In this document: positions 1 through 63,038 of the stretch, in pieces
Position numbering within the stretch: the first letter of the stretch is position 1
Layout: each line of letters begins with the position of its first letter
DNA from: Eledone cirrhosa
Taxonomy: Eukaryota
DNA: 64,000 nucleotides
Assembly (NCBI GenBank): GCA_964016885.1
Contig: OZ024741.1
Coordinates: forward strand, 212,350,001 to 212,414,000
Reading direction: 5' to 3'
Notes under the pieces: model-generated
Database searches by the model: none
What the model saw: only the letters and a program-made list of their open reading frames with translations
Told to the model about the DNA's origin: nothing
Program-made: the position numbers and the translations under genes

Positions 1-520
<520 letters not shown>

Positions 521-964
521 TATCTGATCATTTGGTATTTGCAGGATTTTGAAAAGTGTATGTATGTGTTTTTCAAAATTTCTGCAACAAACCCAGTGAA
601 TATTGTTTACGACTTTCTATCACGCTTGATGCAAATCATAACTATTTTAATGTATGACACATCCTTTCCATGCTCCTGGGGTTATCCGAAACAAAGAGAA
701 AGCTAAAATAGTAAATTCACTTGATTTTATTACAGAAAATATAAAATTTATTTCAAGAAATTTTTAATATTTCAGTAAGGTGAGAGGATCAACTATTATG
801 TCAGTTCGTTGTTATAGTAAGGTTCTCAGGTTTACGGAGAAAAAAATATATTTTAAATATATGTAGCTCTAAGATTTGTGATCCTAATCTAGTTGGCAAT
901 TTTACGTAGGTTTATTTATTATTTACCGTAAAATATATATTTTATTTCATAATGTACGTACACT

Positions 965-1119
965 CATATATATATATATATAAACACACATATATAAGTA
1001 CATACACATACATACATGCATAAATATATATATCTACATACACATATATATATATTTATATATACATATATACATATACATATATACATATATATATATA
1101 TACATATATATATATACAC

Positions 1120-1162
<43 letters not shown>

Positions 1163-1227
1163 TATACACACACACATATATACATATATATATATACTTA
1201 TATATACACACATATATATATACACAC

Positions 1228-1258
<31 letters not shown>

Positions 1259-1287
1259 TATATATATATATACATATATATACACAC

Positions 1288-1354
<67 letters not shown>

Positions 1355-1386
1355 TATATACACATATATATACATATATATATACA
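965..1386. repeat. (TA)n/(CA)n microsatellite
   Basis: Seen directly. Confidence 0.95.
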
Positions 1387-1540
1387 CTGTTCAAGAGTCA
1401 CCAATCTTAAAGAGAGAGATGGAGATAGGAGAGGAGATAGAAGAGGAGAGATTGGCATGTGCTCAATGTGCAATATGCAGTGGAAGGCAGCTATGTGGCT
1501 GGGTTCATGCAGAAGTTAGGCGCGCACAGCTTGAAATATA

Positions 1541-2225
1541 CATTAGTTAAGCAAAATAATACCACAAATTTCACAAGGAAGACATTATTAAAAGATTGTC
1601 AACATATTTTAGTTTGATGTAAGGAATGTGGAGAATAATAAAAATAATATTAATAATAATGTCCGTTTACAATTGTTTCGTTACTCCATATAATATTTCT
1701 GGATCAAATGACTATATATCATTATTGATCTGGTTCAGTTGAAAATAATTAACATAATTAAAGATAGAGCGGCTCATCGGAACTCAAAGGAATATAAATT
1801 AATATAAGGAAAGAATGTTACATAATGTAGTGTTCCATATATTGGTATTTCACTATGGTGTCCTGGGTGTATCAATTGTCTGCCATAATCAAGCAGTATT
1901 CTTTTGTCGAGGCTGCATTGTGTGAGATCTGCCTATGGGTAACAAGATGGCCGCCAATGGACATATTTACCTTACTAATTAGAGGGTGGTTTCAGGGGAG
2001 GTAACTCCTCGAGAGATTAGAAATTGTGGGTAGTTTATAGTTAAGTGCAAATTTTTTAATTTTTTAATTGAGAGACAATGTAGGGGAGGTAACTTATAAT
2101 TATCTAAGTTAGTTATAGCTAGTTAACTCATTAGCTACAAGTAAAAATGGGGCTAGATGACTATGTTTGGTCAAATATTGTTGGCGAAGGAATTAGCCCT
2201 TCGATGTTTGACTGCTAATAGTTAC
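1541..2225 (-). repeat. PLE 3' terminal region = left arm of inverted repeat
   Basis: Aligns along its length as the reverse complement of 4700-5493, e.g. cattagttaagcaaaa (1541) vs ttttgcttaactaatg (ends 5493), and gaaggaattagcccttcgatg vs catcgaagggctaattccttc, with scattered substitutions. Confidence 0.95.
1665..1783 (-). ncRNA. Putative degenerate type I hammerhead ribozyme (sense to the PLE, in the 3' region)
   Basis: Minus strand reads GUU-CCGAUGA-GCCGCUCUAU..(~80 nt)..AUGGAGUAAC-GAAAC-AAUU-GUA-AAC. The core boxes are present (U4->C variant of CUGAUGA) with a minimal palindromic stem III (CAAUUG). Stem I is only 3 bp and stem II is imperfect. Confidence 0.55.
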
Positions 2226-4649
2226 CTCCGTTGTATCGTTAATCGGTATAGGTCGTGATGGAGTTATGTAATATGCTTCGGTAATACAGTGATCACAAGA
2301 TTTTCTTCATCCATTGAATGGATGGGCCCTAGCTAAGTTATCCCATGTTAGTGAGTGTTCAATGTTGGTTAATTTAAGGTTTTTAATGAGCCTAGCTAGA
2401 GATGTCGAACATCTATTGTTAGGGTCTCGGAAGGAAAAAGAGTGCGCGTTATAGCGTACCTTAAAACGGTTAGAGGTAAACCAGATATAGGAGCTGGGAT
2501 TCGAAGCAGTTTTAACCGTGCACCTATAGACTATGTTGGGTGTCAGGCAGTGTCCATTTAGTTGGCATGAATTAGGGTAACGGCAGTTGCAGTTGCTTCT
2601 GCGGTTAGCGAGAGTAGGGTAGTTTAACCTAAGCGGTTGGTTAGTGTTAGAAGGATTAGATGGGGGAGGCGTGCTACTAGAGTAAGTATTGGTGTAGTGG
2701 CGTGGTGTATTTGATAGGGGTGGTGGTACTGCGGTGTGGGAGTTATACTGTCTTAGTTTATGATGGTTACTGAATGCGATGTGGCTAGCTAGGTTAGATG
2801 TTGTGGAGAATGAGATTTTAATGTTGTTTTTATTAAAGAGTTTGTAATATCTATGGTTGGGGGTGGGGTGTTTAGATAGGATAGAGAAGAAGCGTTTAGG
2901 GATATTAGTGGCTAGATTAGATGAGAATGGGGGTTTAAGCCAGGTGATATTTCTAGGCCTATTCCTTCTAGGGGTTCTAGTGGAGTTGGTAGGGGCCTTC
3001 CTAGGGTTATTATTACTTGGGCATTTGTTATTTGTCATCCAATTGCTCATTCCTATTCTAGGGTTGATTTTTAGTTTGCTAGTTGGAGTGGGGAGCAGGC
3101 CGCTGCCACCATTAAAGTTCCTTGTATAAGTGCTGTAACTGCTAAAATTCCGGCGAATCTGGCTATATGCTAAGGTATTTCTAGTTCTAGTGTTAAGTTT
3201 ATTATGGTGAGTTGCTGTGTTATGGCATTTAGGTATGTAGTAAATGGATTGTTCATAAGCAGATTCAGAAAGAGCCTTATTATAATATGGTGCATGGTTT
3301 ATAAATATCTCCTCATTTGCTGATAGCATGGAGATCTTATACGAGATAGATTTTATTACTACTCTGATGACTGCCGGTGGGTGGTTAGAGTGTGGGCTAA
3401 TATATGTAAGTATATCACCTGGTTTATGGTAAGGGTAATATAGGTTATTGTTAAGTCTAGGAAGTTTACTACTTTATGGTTCGGCTCGATGGTGATAGAG
3501 AGACCGTTATTTTTAAAGAATCTATGTAATTGTTTTTTGAGCAAATCAATGCTCCAGATTAGTTCAATTGTGGACTGTAAATAGGGCGTCGTCCCTGTAT
3601 ATTCCGCCTTGCAAGGGTTGGATTTCGACTCTGATGTTATGTAATAGGTCAATTCCAACTCAATCGGTGATTTGCGCAGAGTCACTTGAGCCCATCGTAA
3701 TGTCAAAGTTGTCTGTTCTGTCTTTTCTAGTCCAGAGTGCTCCGTTGAATTCAATGATGGTCTGCCTAGCCATAAGTATGATGTCAATCTCATTATTGTT
3801 TATGTTCGAGTTGCTGCTGGCTAGGGTTAATGCTTTGTTGAGCAGTTCCGGGGTTATTGAAGCGTAATAGCTGTCAATGTCAAATTGGATGAACCTCAAA
3901 GATTGCTTGGACCTCAAATCGGAGAACCATCTAATGACTTGGCCGGTGTTGGACCACAACTTGTAGGTGACATTATCTCGTAGCCCAGGGATGATCATAT
4001 CACGAATGTTCTTACTGATACGACCCAGGTCGGATGTGGTTGGGCTTATAAGTCTAATAGATGGGTTCTCTATAAAGTTTGGCTTATGATTCTTGAGAGA
4101 GAACCTTGGAGTTGTTGGTACATAAGGGTGGGTAAATCTATCCAGATGCAAGTCCTTGACCAAAGCCTGGGCTTTTCGGTTAAGTACGTTTAAAAATGGA
4201 GGGTATAGTTTCTTAATAGTTTTTATTAAGTTCGTTAAGTAGGAAAGAGTTGTAAGTTTCAGGAGTCATGGTGTATAGACTTTTAGTTTTGTCAGACATA
4301 ACATGTAAGAGGTGGCTATCTTTAAATATTTTTATAGTTGCTAATTTTGTGAGGAAATTATTCTGTGTCTATAATGATTTTTGAATTTAATGCTCCTGAC
4401 GAAGTTGAATAGATCTTTCTCAAAAGGGTCCAGCAGGATGTTTTGTGGGGGGATCTTGCAGGTGGTAAATCCATATATGTTTGCTGTATTTCCGGCGTCA
4501 GCAGCACCCGCACGGTCGAAGTGGAAGGCTTTCCATCTTATTCTTCGGATGAAAGAGTTGACACTCTGTATTAGGAGTTTGAGATATGTCATCCTCTCTG
4601 GGATAGGTATGGACTTAAGTGAGATCCTGAATTCCTGCTTGCTCAACAT
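2170..4649 (-). pseudogene. Disrupted PLE polyprotein (reverse transcriptase + Zn-linker + GIY-YIG endonuclease)
   Basis: The ATG at 4649 gives MLSKQEFRISLKSIPIP..FIRRIRWKAFHF. RT motifs: FIQFDIDSYYASI, FDITMGSSDSAQ, GGIYRDDAL (YRDD at 3599-3588, read through a TGA at 3662-3660), VNFLDLT. Thumb: RNITWLKPPFS. Linker: CNCRYPNSCQLNGHCL. GIY-YIG-like: IVYRCTV..SYIWFT..FKVRYNAH. Past the TGA at 2309-2307 the frame continues as RKSCDHCITEAYYI..INDTTEV. Several stops and frameshifts; the 3' end coordinate is approximate. Confidence 0.88.
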
Positions 4650-5143
4650 GGTGACATTTAACAGTAAATAGCTCAACTACGGGAGCTCAAGTATACACAG
4701 TAAGTATTAGCTGTCAACATCGAAGGGCTAATTCCTTCACCAACAGAATATTTGAGCCAACATAGTCATCTAGCCCCATTTTTATTTGTAGTTAATAAAT
4801 TAAATAGCTATAACTAACTTAGATAATTATAAGTTACCTCCCCTACATTGTCTCTCAATTAAAAAATTAAAAAATTAGCACTTAACTATAAACTGCCCAC
4901 AATTTCTAATATCTCGAGGAGTTACCTCCCCTGAAACAACCCTCTAATTAGTAAGGTAAATATGTCAATTGGCGCCCATATTGTTAACCATAGGCAGATC
5001 TCACACAATGCAGCCTCGACAGAAGAATACTGCTTCATTATGGCAGACAATTGATACACCCAGGACACCATAGTGAAATACCAATATATGGAACACTACA
5101 TTATGTAACATTCTTTCCTTATATTAATTTATATTCCTTTAAA

Positions 5144-5262
5144 GTTCCGATGAGCCGCTCTATCTTTAATTATGTTAATTATTTTCAACTGAACCAGTTC
5201 AATAATGATATATAGTCATTTGATCCAGAAATATTATATGGAATAGCGAAACAATTGTAAAC
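5144..5262 (+). ncRNA. Putative degenerate hammerhead ribozyme, second copy in the inverted arm
   Basis: CCGATGA at 5147-5153, GAAAC at 5248-5252, AATT loop, GTA at 5257-5259; stem II GCCGCTCTAT / ATGGAATAGC. Confidence 0.55.
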
Positions 5263-5293
5263 GGACATTATTATTATTAATATTATTATTATT

Positions 5294-5400
5294 GACTTTG
5301 CCTTTCATCCTTACGGGGTCGATAAAATAAAGTACCAGTAATGCACTGGGTAATTGCTGGCCTTGTGCCTAAAGTAGAAACAATTATTATTATTATTATT
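5294..5400 (+). mobile_element. 5'-truncated SINE with (ATT)n tail
   Basis: gactttgcctttcatccttacggggtcgataaaataaagtaccagtaatg...gctggccttgtgcctaaagtagaa matches the 3' half of the SINE at 62074-62262 and is absent from the matching position of the left IR arm. Confidence 0.85.
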
Positions 5401-5514
5401 CTCCACATTCCTTACATCAAACTAAAATATATTGAGAATCTTTTAATAAGGTCTTCCTTGTGAAATTTGTGGTCTTGTTTTGCTTAACTAATGAATACAT
5501 ATATATATATATAC

Positions 5515-5545
<31 letters not shown>

Positions 5546-5568
5546 CACATAATATATATACATACATA

Positions 5569-6178
5569 TGGTGGCTGCCAACTCGTTTTCGAGTACGGCC
5601 ACTATTTTATATCCATGTAGGAGAATCCCTACCAATGCGCTGAACGACTGTGACTTTTTAGTCCAGCCGGCGACTTGAAAACTCTGGTACAAACACTACA
5701 CTTGTGACAACTATTGACACATAGTTCTGGGACCATGGTACCATGTGACGACAAGTGCAGAGAGATCTCCAGATATAAGGCAATGCCTGTGCCGTGAAGC
5801 TATTATAGTGAGCAAAGGCACTGCACAAAGCCAGTCCCACTCTCTTAACCAAGATGATATTTACCAAAAAGAAGAACAAGTCAACATCATTGGATACCAT
5901 CAGGGTTGCAGGTGTTATATCAGAGTTTTCCTTCTCCTAGAATTCTGCCTTGACAAAGGCTAAGGGGTCATCTCTCCCGGTGATTTTGGATGGCCATTGA
6001 CTCTTAAGAGCTCCTTTGCCATTTGACAGGTTTTGTTTTTAGTCCTGCAGGATGTCCAAAGTCACCCTCCTCACCAAGAAACCTTGGTGGGGTTGCCAGT
6101 TTAGTCGCCAACGACCCGACCATGAGACAGGTTGTACTGGGATACATGTTACCAGTAGCACCAACTGGTGACCTGACA
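5569..6178 (-). mobile_element. 610-bp interspersed repeat, copy 1 (probably a non-autonomous RTE-LINE-derived element)
   Basis: Same sequence and same ends as 63240-63849 (~14 substitutions by eye). The minus strand contains ctaggagaaggaaaactctga, which I recall from 5' regions of RTE-clade LINEs. No credible ORF. Family and strand are tentative. Confidence 0.6.
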
Positions 6179-7072
<894 letters not shown>

Positions 7073-7489
7073 TGTATTAGAATTAGTTCTCTGTAATAGC
7101 GATATATATATGAATGTATATATAGTGTATTTGGTAATACACTGTATGCTTAATTAAAAACATGTTGAAGACCTTACGCTATTGTTTTAAAGTAGTGACT
7201 ATGTCACTTACTTCTTTTTTCAACAAACAAAGGGAGATAAGCTGACAGATCTCTGTTTCATACTGTTGGTATTCCTCAGAGTCTAGCACTCCCCTTGTTT
7301 GTTGAAAATTATAAATGTTGGATTCTTATAGAATTCCCGTAATAATCAGGAACCGAATATACAGAGCGGTTGCCGGTCCAGCAAAAATTTAAAATTAGAA
7401 TTAGTGCTCTGAAATAGCGCTGAATTACACAAATAAAACAAACAAATGCTACAAAAGCAATGTACTGGATCTGAAACGGAAGGTATAGA

Positions 7490-57349
<49,860 letters not shown>

Positions 57350-57433
57350 AAAGTTGTATTTAAATTGTTGGGTTACAACTAGTAAATATTTATAACTGAT
57401 ATAAAAGCACTCGACAAGTATTTGGAGTATATT

Positions 57434-58030
<597 letters not shown>

Positions 58031-58146
58031 GTCTAAATTAACCGCATTGTTTGTATGCTATTGTAAGAAAATATGAGGTTTTTTAACATACCAATTAGCG
58101 GAAGTCATTTGTATATTCATTCATCTGTTTGTACTATCACCATCAC

Positions 58147-58570
58147 TACCACCACTACACCTACCTATACTCGCAGCCAGCTATACCACCTTAACCAAGT
58201 TTATCAGTATAAAATACTACTACCACCTCCACTACTACCTATAATTCTATCCAACTATACCACCACAACCAACACCAAACCCCCACCTATAGATAGAGTA
58301 GTTAGCTACCACCAACACTACAAACATTAACACCAACATCACAACCAAGACTGCCAGTACAAACATTAATACCACCACCACTACACCTACCTATACTCGC
58401 AGCCAGCTATACCACCTTAACCAAGTTTATCAGTATAAAATACTACTACCACCTCCACCACTACCTATACCTCCAACCAACTATACCACCACAACCAACA
58501 CCAAAACCCCACCTATAGATAGAGTAGTTATGCTACTACCAACACTACAAACATTAACTCCACCATCACC
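58147..58570. repeat. Tandem duplication, ~226-bp period, 2 copies
   Basis: accactacacctacctatactcgcagccagctataccaccttaaccaagtttatcagtataaaatac at 58151 and 58377; atagatagagtagtta in both copies. Confidence 0.9.
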
Positions 58571-59720
58571 AGCACTAACACAGAAATCTACACTACCAAC
58601 ACTAATACCTATACTCCAACAAACTATATTACCACTACCACCAGCACTACCACCCCACCACCGCTGACATGAACAACAACACTACCAACAACCCTACGAC
58701 TACCAATACATATACTCCAACCAGTTATACCACCAGAATCACCGTTGCCACCGCCATCTCCTATACTACCACCTCTACTACCACCACCACCACTACCACC
58801 ACACCACTATCATCTCCTATACTAACACCACTACCTATATTCCAAGAAGTTATACCACGAGAACCACCACCCCTACCACCATCATCTCCTATATAACCAC
58901 CTCTACTACCACCTCTACTACCACCACCACCATCATCTCCTGTACTACCACCACTATCAAATTATCCCCTACTCTACCACCTCTACAACCACCACTACTA
59001 CCACCATCCCCTCTACTACCACCTACACCACTACCACTACCACATCATCTATATTACCACCTCTACAACCACCACTACCACCATTATCTATCTATACCAC
59101 CACCACTACCACCATCTCCTATATTACCACCTATAAAACCACAACTACTACCACCATCCCCTCTACTACCACCTATACCCCTATATTACCACCACTACTA
59201 CCACCATCCCCTCTACTACCACCTATACCCCTATACCACCACCACTACTACCACCATCTCCTCTACTACCAACTCTACAACCACCACTACTACCACCACC
59301 TATAATACCACCTACACTACCACCACCACCATATCATCTATACTACCACCTCTACTACCATCACCATCATCCCCTACACTACCACCACTAATCTATTACA
59401 ACCTATACTACCACCACCATCACATCATCCCCTAAACTACCACCTCTACAACCACCACCACCACTACCATAACCCCCTTTACTACCACCTATACAACCTC
59501 CACCACTACCACCATCTCCTATACAACCACCACTACCACAATCTCCTATACTACCACCTCTACAACCCCCACTATTACCACCATCTCCTATACTACCACC
59601 TCTACAACCACGACTACAGTCACTACCACCATCATCCCCTATACTACCACCATCATCCCCTACACTGCCACCACTACTACCACCACTACTGCTATCATCA
59701 GCCTCTCTACTACCACCTAT
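58570..59720. repeat. Cryptic (CAC/TAC)n low-complexity tract
   Basis: Almost G-free + strand built from accacc/actacc/ctctac motifs. Confidence 0.9.
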
Positions 59721-59721
59721 A

Positions 59722-60190
59722 CTACCACCTCTACCACAACCACTACCACCATCTCCTCTACTACCAGCACTATTACCACCCCTACTACCACATCTACTAC
59801 CACCTCTACCACAACCACTACCACCATCTCCTCTACTACCAGCACTATTACCACCCCTACTACCACATCTACTACCACCTCTACCACAACCACTACCACC
59901 ATCTCCTCTACTACCAGCACTATTACCACCCCTACTACCACATCTACTACCACCTCTACCACAACCACTACCACCATCTCCTCTACTACCAGCACTATTA
60001 CCACCCCTACTACCACATCTACTACCACCTCTACCACAACCACTACCACCATCTCCTCTACTACCAGCACTATTACCACCCCTACTACCACATCTACTAC
60101 CACCTCTACCACAACCACTACCACTATCTCCTCTACTACCAGCACTATTACCACCCCTACTACCACATCTACTACCACCTCTACTACCAC
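59722..60190. repeat. 75-bp minisatellite, ~6 near-identical copies
   Basis: Unit ctaccacctctaccacaaccactaccaccatctcctctactaccagcactattaccacccctactaccacatcta; visible as a 25-aa repeat in ORF 59403-60221. Confidence 0.95.
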
Positions 60191-60299
60191 CTATACTACC
60201 ACACCTACCGCCATTAAACAAATGAAGCCTAGAACATTACTAAACATGGCTGACAAATAATAACTGCAATAAGCAACTTTATTAACAACAATAACATTA

Positions 60300-60495
60300 A
60301 TGGTAATGGTGATGATGATGATGGTGATGGTGATGGTGATGGTGATGGTGATGATGATGGTAATGGTGATGATGATGATGGTGATGATGGTGATTGTAAT
60401 GGTGATGATGATGGTGATGGTGATGATGATGGTAATGGTGATGATGATGATGGTGATGATGATGATGGTAATGGTGATGATGATGATGATGATGA
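60300..60495. repeat. (ATG/GTG)n trinucleotide microsatellite
   Basis: Runs of gatgatggtgatggtaat. Confidence 0.95.
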
Positions 60496-60529
60496 GTGTG
60501 ATATTGACGGCAAAGCTGCCGAGTCTCTG

Positions 60530-61025
60530 AATATGTATGTGGATGTGAGCTTGTATTAATGTATGTATATATATATGTACATGCATGTATATACATATAT
60601 ACATGCATATATGTATGTATGTGTATGTATGTAAATTATGTATGTATATATATATGTATATATATATAAATATATATATCTATATATATGTGTATATATA
60701 TATTATATATGGGTATGTTTATGTGTGTGTATATATGTATATGCCTATACACATGTGTGTGTGAAGTTTTATGTAGATATGGGTGTACATGCCAATGCGT
60801 ATAGGTATACATACATTCATACGGATACATGTAGATACACGCACGCGTACACACTCACACACAGACAAACACACACAGGCACACACTTTAACACCACAAA
60901 CACTAACGCACACACACACGCACACACAAACTCACTCACACACACACAAATACAGATACACCCATACACACACATACACACACACAAACACAAACACAAA
61001 TACAGACACAAACACACACACGAAT

Positions 61026-61075
<50 letters not shown>

Positions 61076-61260
61076 CCTTTTTAGGTTTCATAACGATGTT
61101 GAGTACCAACAGCAGCACTATCTTCATCATATTATCACTGTTATCATCATCATCATCATCATTATGGCTATTATAGTAGCAATAGTATTAGTAGTAGTAG
61201 AGTTAGTAGTAGTAGTAGTAGTAGTAGTATTGTTGTTGTTGTTGTTGTTGTAATAGTAAT
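60530..61260. repeat. Compound (TA)/(TG)/(CA)/(ATC)/(AGT)/(GTT) microsatellites
   Basis: Seen directly. Confidence 0.9.
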
Positions 61261-61394
61261 CGTTGTAGTTATGATATCAACAATTGGTATGTTAGTGAAA
61301 CACTGATTCTAGCATTAAAGGTTATTATGTGCTGCAGATATGAAAGGATTTGTTTTGGGCTTTCATCTCACTAATTGTTAATGGCAATATACAA

Positions 61395-62073
61395 CGTCTC
61401 TCACTCTTTCTTTCTCTCTCTCTCTCCCTCTCTCTCGTTCTTTCTCTTTCTCTTTCGTTCTCTCCCTCTCTCGTTCTTTCTTTCGTTCTCTCCCACTCTC
61501 TCTCTCACGTTCTTTCTCTCTCTCTCTCTCTCTCGTTCACTCTCTCTCTCTCTCTCGTTCTTTATCTGACTCTTTCTCTCTCCTTCTCTCTCTCTCTCTC
61601 TCTCTCGTTCTTACTCTGACTCTTTCTCTCTCGTTCATTCTCTCGGTCTCTCTCTCTCTCTCGTTCTTTGTCTGACTCTTTCTCTCTCCTTCTCTCTCTC
61701 TCTCGTTCTTTCTCTGTCTCTTTCTCTCTCGTTCATTCTCTCGGTCTCTCTCACTCTCTCTCGTTATTTCTCTGTCTCTTTCTCTCTCCTCTCTCTCCCT
61801 CGTTATTTCTTTGACCTTTCTCTCTCGTTCACTCTCTCTCTCCCTCGTTCTTTCTCTGACTCTTTTTCTCTCGTTCATTCTCTCGGTATCTCTTTCTCTC
61901 GCTCTCGTTATTTCTCTGTCTCTTTCTCTCTCGTTCTTTCTCTGACTCTCTCTCTCTCTCATTCTCTCTCTCTCTCTCGTTCTTTCTCTGTCTCTCTCTC
62001 TCTCTCTCGTTCTTTCTCTATCTCTCTTTCTCTCTCGTTCTTTCTCTGACTCTCTCTCTCTCTCGTTATTTCT
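61395..62073. repeat. (CT)n-derived polypyrimidine tract with recurring tctcgttc / tcgttatttc units
   Basis: Seen directly; resumes at 62263-62360 after the SINE. Confidence 0.92.
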
Positions 62074-62262
62074 TTGGGCGGTGGATTGGCAGTATCGGTA
62101 GAGAGTCGGACGCCAGGCTTTGCAGCATAGTTATGTCCCTTTACGTTCTGAGTTCAAATCCCGCCGAGGTTAACTTTGCCTTTCATCCATTACGGGGTCG
62201 ATAACATAAAGTACCAGTAATGTACTGAAGATTTTGCTGGCCTTGTGCCTAAAGTAGAAGTA
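62074..62262 (+). mobile_element. tRNA-derived SINE with intact 5' head
   Basis: A-box-like TGGCAGTATCGG (62087) and B-box GTTCAAATCC (62152), then the core gcctttcatcc..ggggtcgataa..agtaccag (resembles the Meta/MESC-type SINE core from memory). Possible 9-bp TSD gttatttct at 62065-62073 and 62263-62271. Confidence 0.85.
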
Positions 62263-62310
62263 GTTATTTCTCTGTCTCTTTCTCTCTCTCTCACGTTCTT
62301 TCTTTCTCTG

Positions 62311-62353
<43 letters not shown>

Positions 62354-62649
62354 GTCTCTTACCCACAAACACGCACACAAGCATACATACACCCACACAT
62401 ATATACATATATGTATATACATATATATATTCACACACACGCATATATATAGAGAGAGTGACACGAACACACACATATATATATATACATACATAGTAAT
62501 ATACATACATAGATTTATATATATATATATACACATACATACATACATTTTCATATATATGTATATATACATACATATATACATACATACATTTATATAT
62601 ATATATATATATATACATACATTTATATAATGATTCAATGGAGATGCTT

Positions 62650-62706
<57 letters not shown>

Positions 62707-62709
<3 letters not shown>

Positions 62710-62855
62710 GATATTAAACAAATGGAAACTATATTTATAAAACCATATTTATTTCATTATACATATTTCAGGGATACCATATTAAAAATATGGCATGCCT
62801 TCTTCAGATAAAATACAATATGTAAGCAGTTTTATAAATATATTTGACGTACCAT

Positions 62856-62889
<34 letters not shown>

Positions 62890-63035
62890 ATGGTACGTCA
62901 AATATATTTATAAAACTGCTTATATATTGTATTTTATCTGAAGAAGGCATGCCATATTTTTAATATGGTATCCCTGAAATATGTATAATGAAATAAATAT
63001 GGTTTTATAAATATAGTTTCCATTTGTTTAATATC

Positions 63036-63038
<3 letters not shown>
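62707..63038. mobile_element. Foldback/MITE-like palindromic element, copy 2 (near-perfect 332-bp palindrome)
   Basis: Arms of ~153 bp (tacgatattaaacaaatgg...gacgtaccataaaa and its reverse complement) surround a central (AT)n, with one substitution seen. Embedded in (TA)n on both sides. Confidence 0.85.

Larger units (their letters stand above)
1541..5493 (-). mobile_element. Penelope-like retroelement (PLE), probably Naiad-type, with inverted terminal (pseudo-LTR) repeats; decayed copy
   Basis: Minus-strand RT + GIY-YIG ORF remnants (~2170-4649) are enclosed by inverted repeats 1541-2225 and 4700-5493. An RT-then-GIY-YIG domain order and direct or inverted pseudo-LTRs are established PLE hallmarks. 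The clade assignment rests on recalled motifs (CxCx5Cx5C linker) and needs a phylogeny. Confidence 0.88.
4700..5493 (+). repeat. Inverted copy of PLE 3' terminal region (right arm), interrupted by a SINE fragment
   Basis: Reverse complement of 1541-2225 plus a ~100-bp insertion at 5294-5400. It begins within the ORF C-terminus and reads ISCQHRRANSF on the + strand. Confidence 0.95.

Noticed and set aside
2307-3662. Selenocysteine read-through of in-frame TGA codons (reported for some Naiad PLEs)
   Set aside because: The TGAs at 3662-3660, 3566-3564 and 2309-2307 are not at recognisably conserved Cys positions (the first replaces the Leu of the ELVG-like motif). The linker and CxxC cysteines are normal codons, frameshifts and a TAG also occur, and I see no SECIS-like AUGA/AA/GA hairpin downstream. 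SECISearch on the family consensus would settle it.
2857-4671. Plus-strand ORFs 2857-3129, 3568-3867 and 4381-4671
   Set aside because: Antisense shadows of the PLE ORF with no recognisable motifs.
6090-6178. HDV-like or twister ribozyme at the 5' end (minus strand) of the 610-bp repeat
   Set aside because: A P4-like hairpin plus CUAA and a ccagt/actgg pairing exist, but I could not build P1/P3/P1.1 or a twister core. Kept only as structured RNA.
59403-60221. Gly/Ser/Cys-rich 272-aa ORF resembling a loricrin- or keratin-associated-like protein
   Set aside because: TTG start, no signal peptide, and it is simply the reverse translation of the CAC/TAC tract and 75-bp minisatellite; alternative frames give poly-Val/poly-Thr.
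62074-62170. tRNA gene
   Set aside because: A and B boxes are present but there is no cloverleaf, and it continues into a SINE core shared with 5294-5400.
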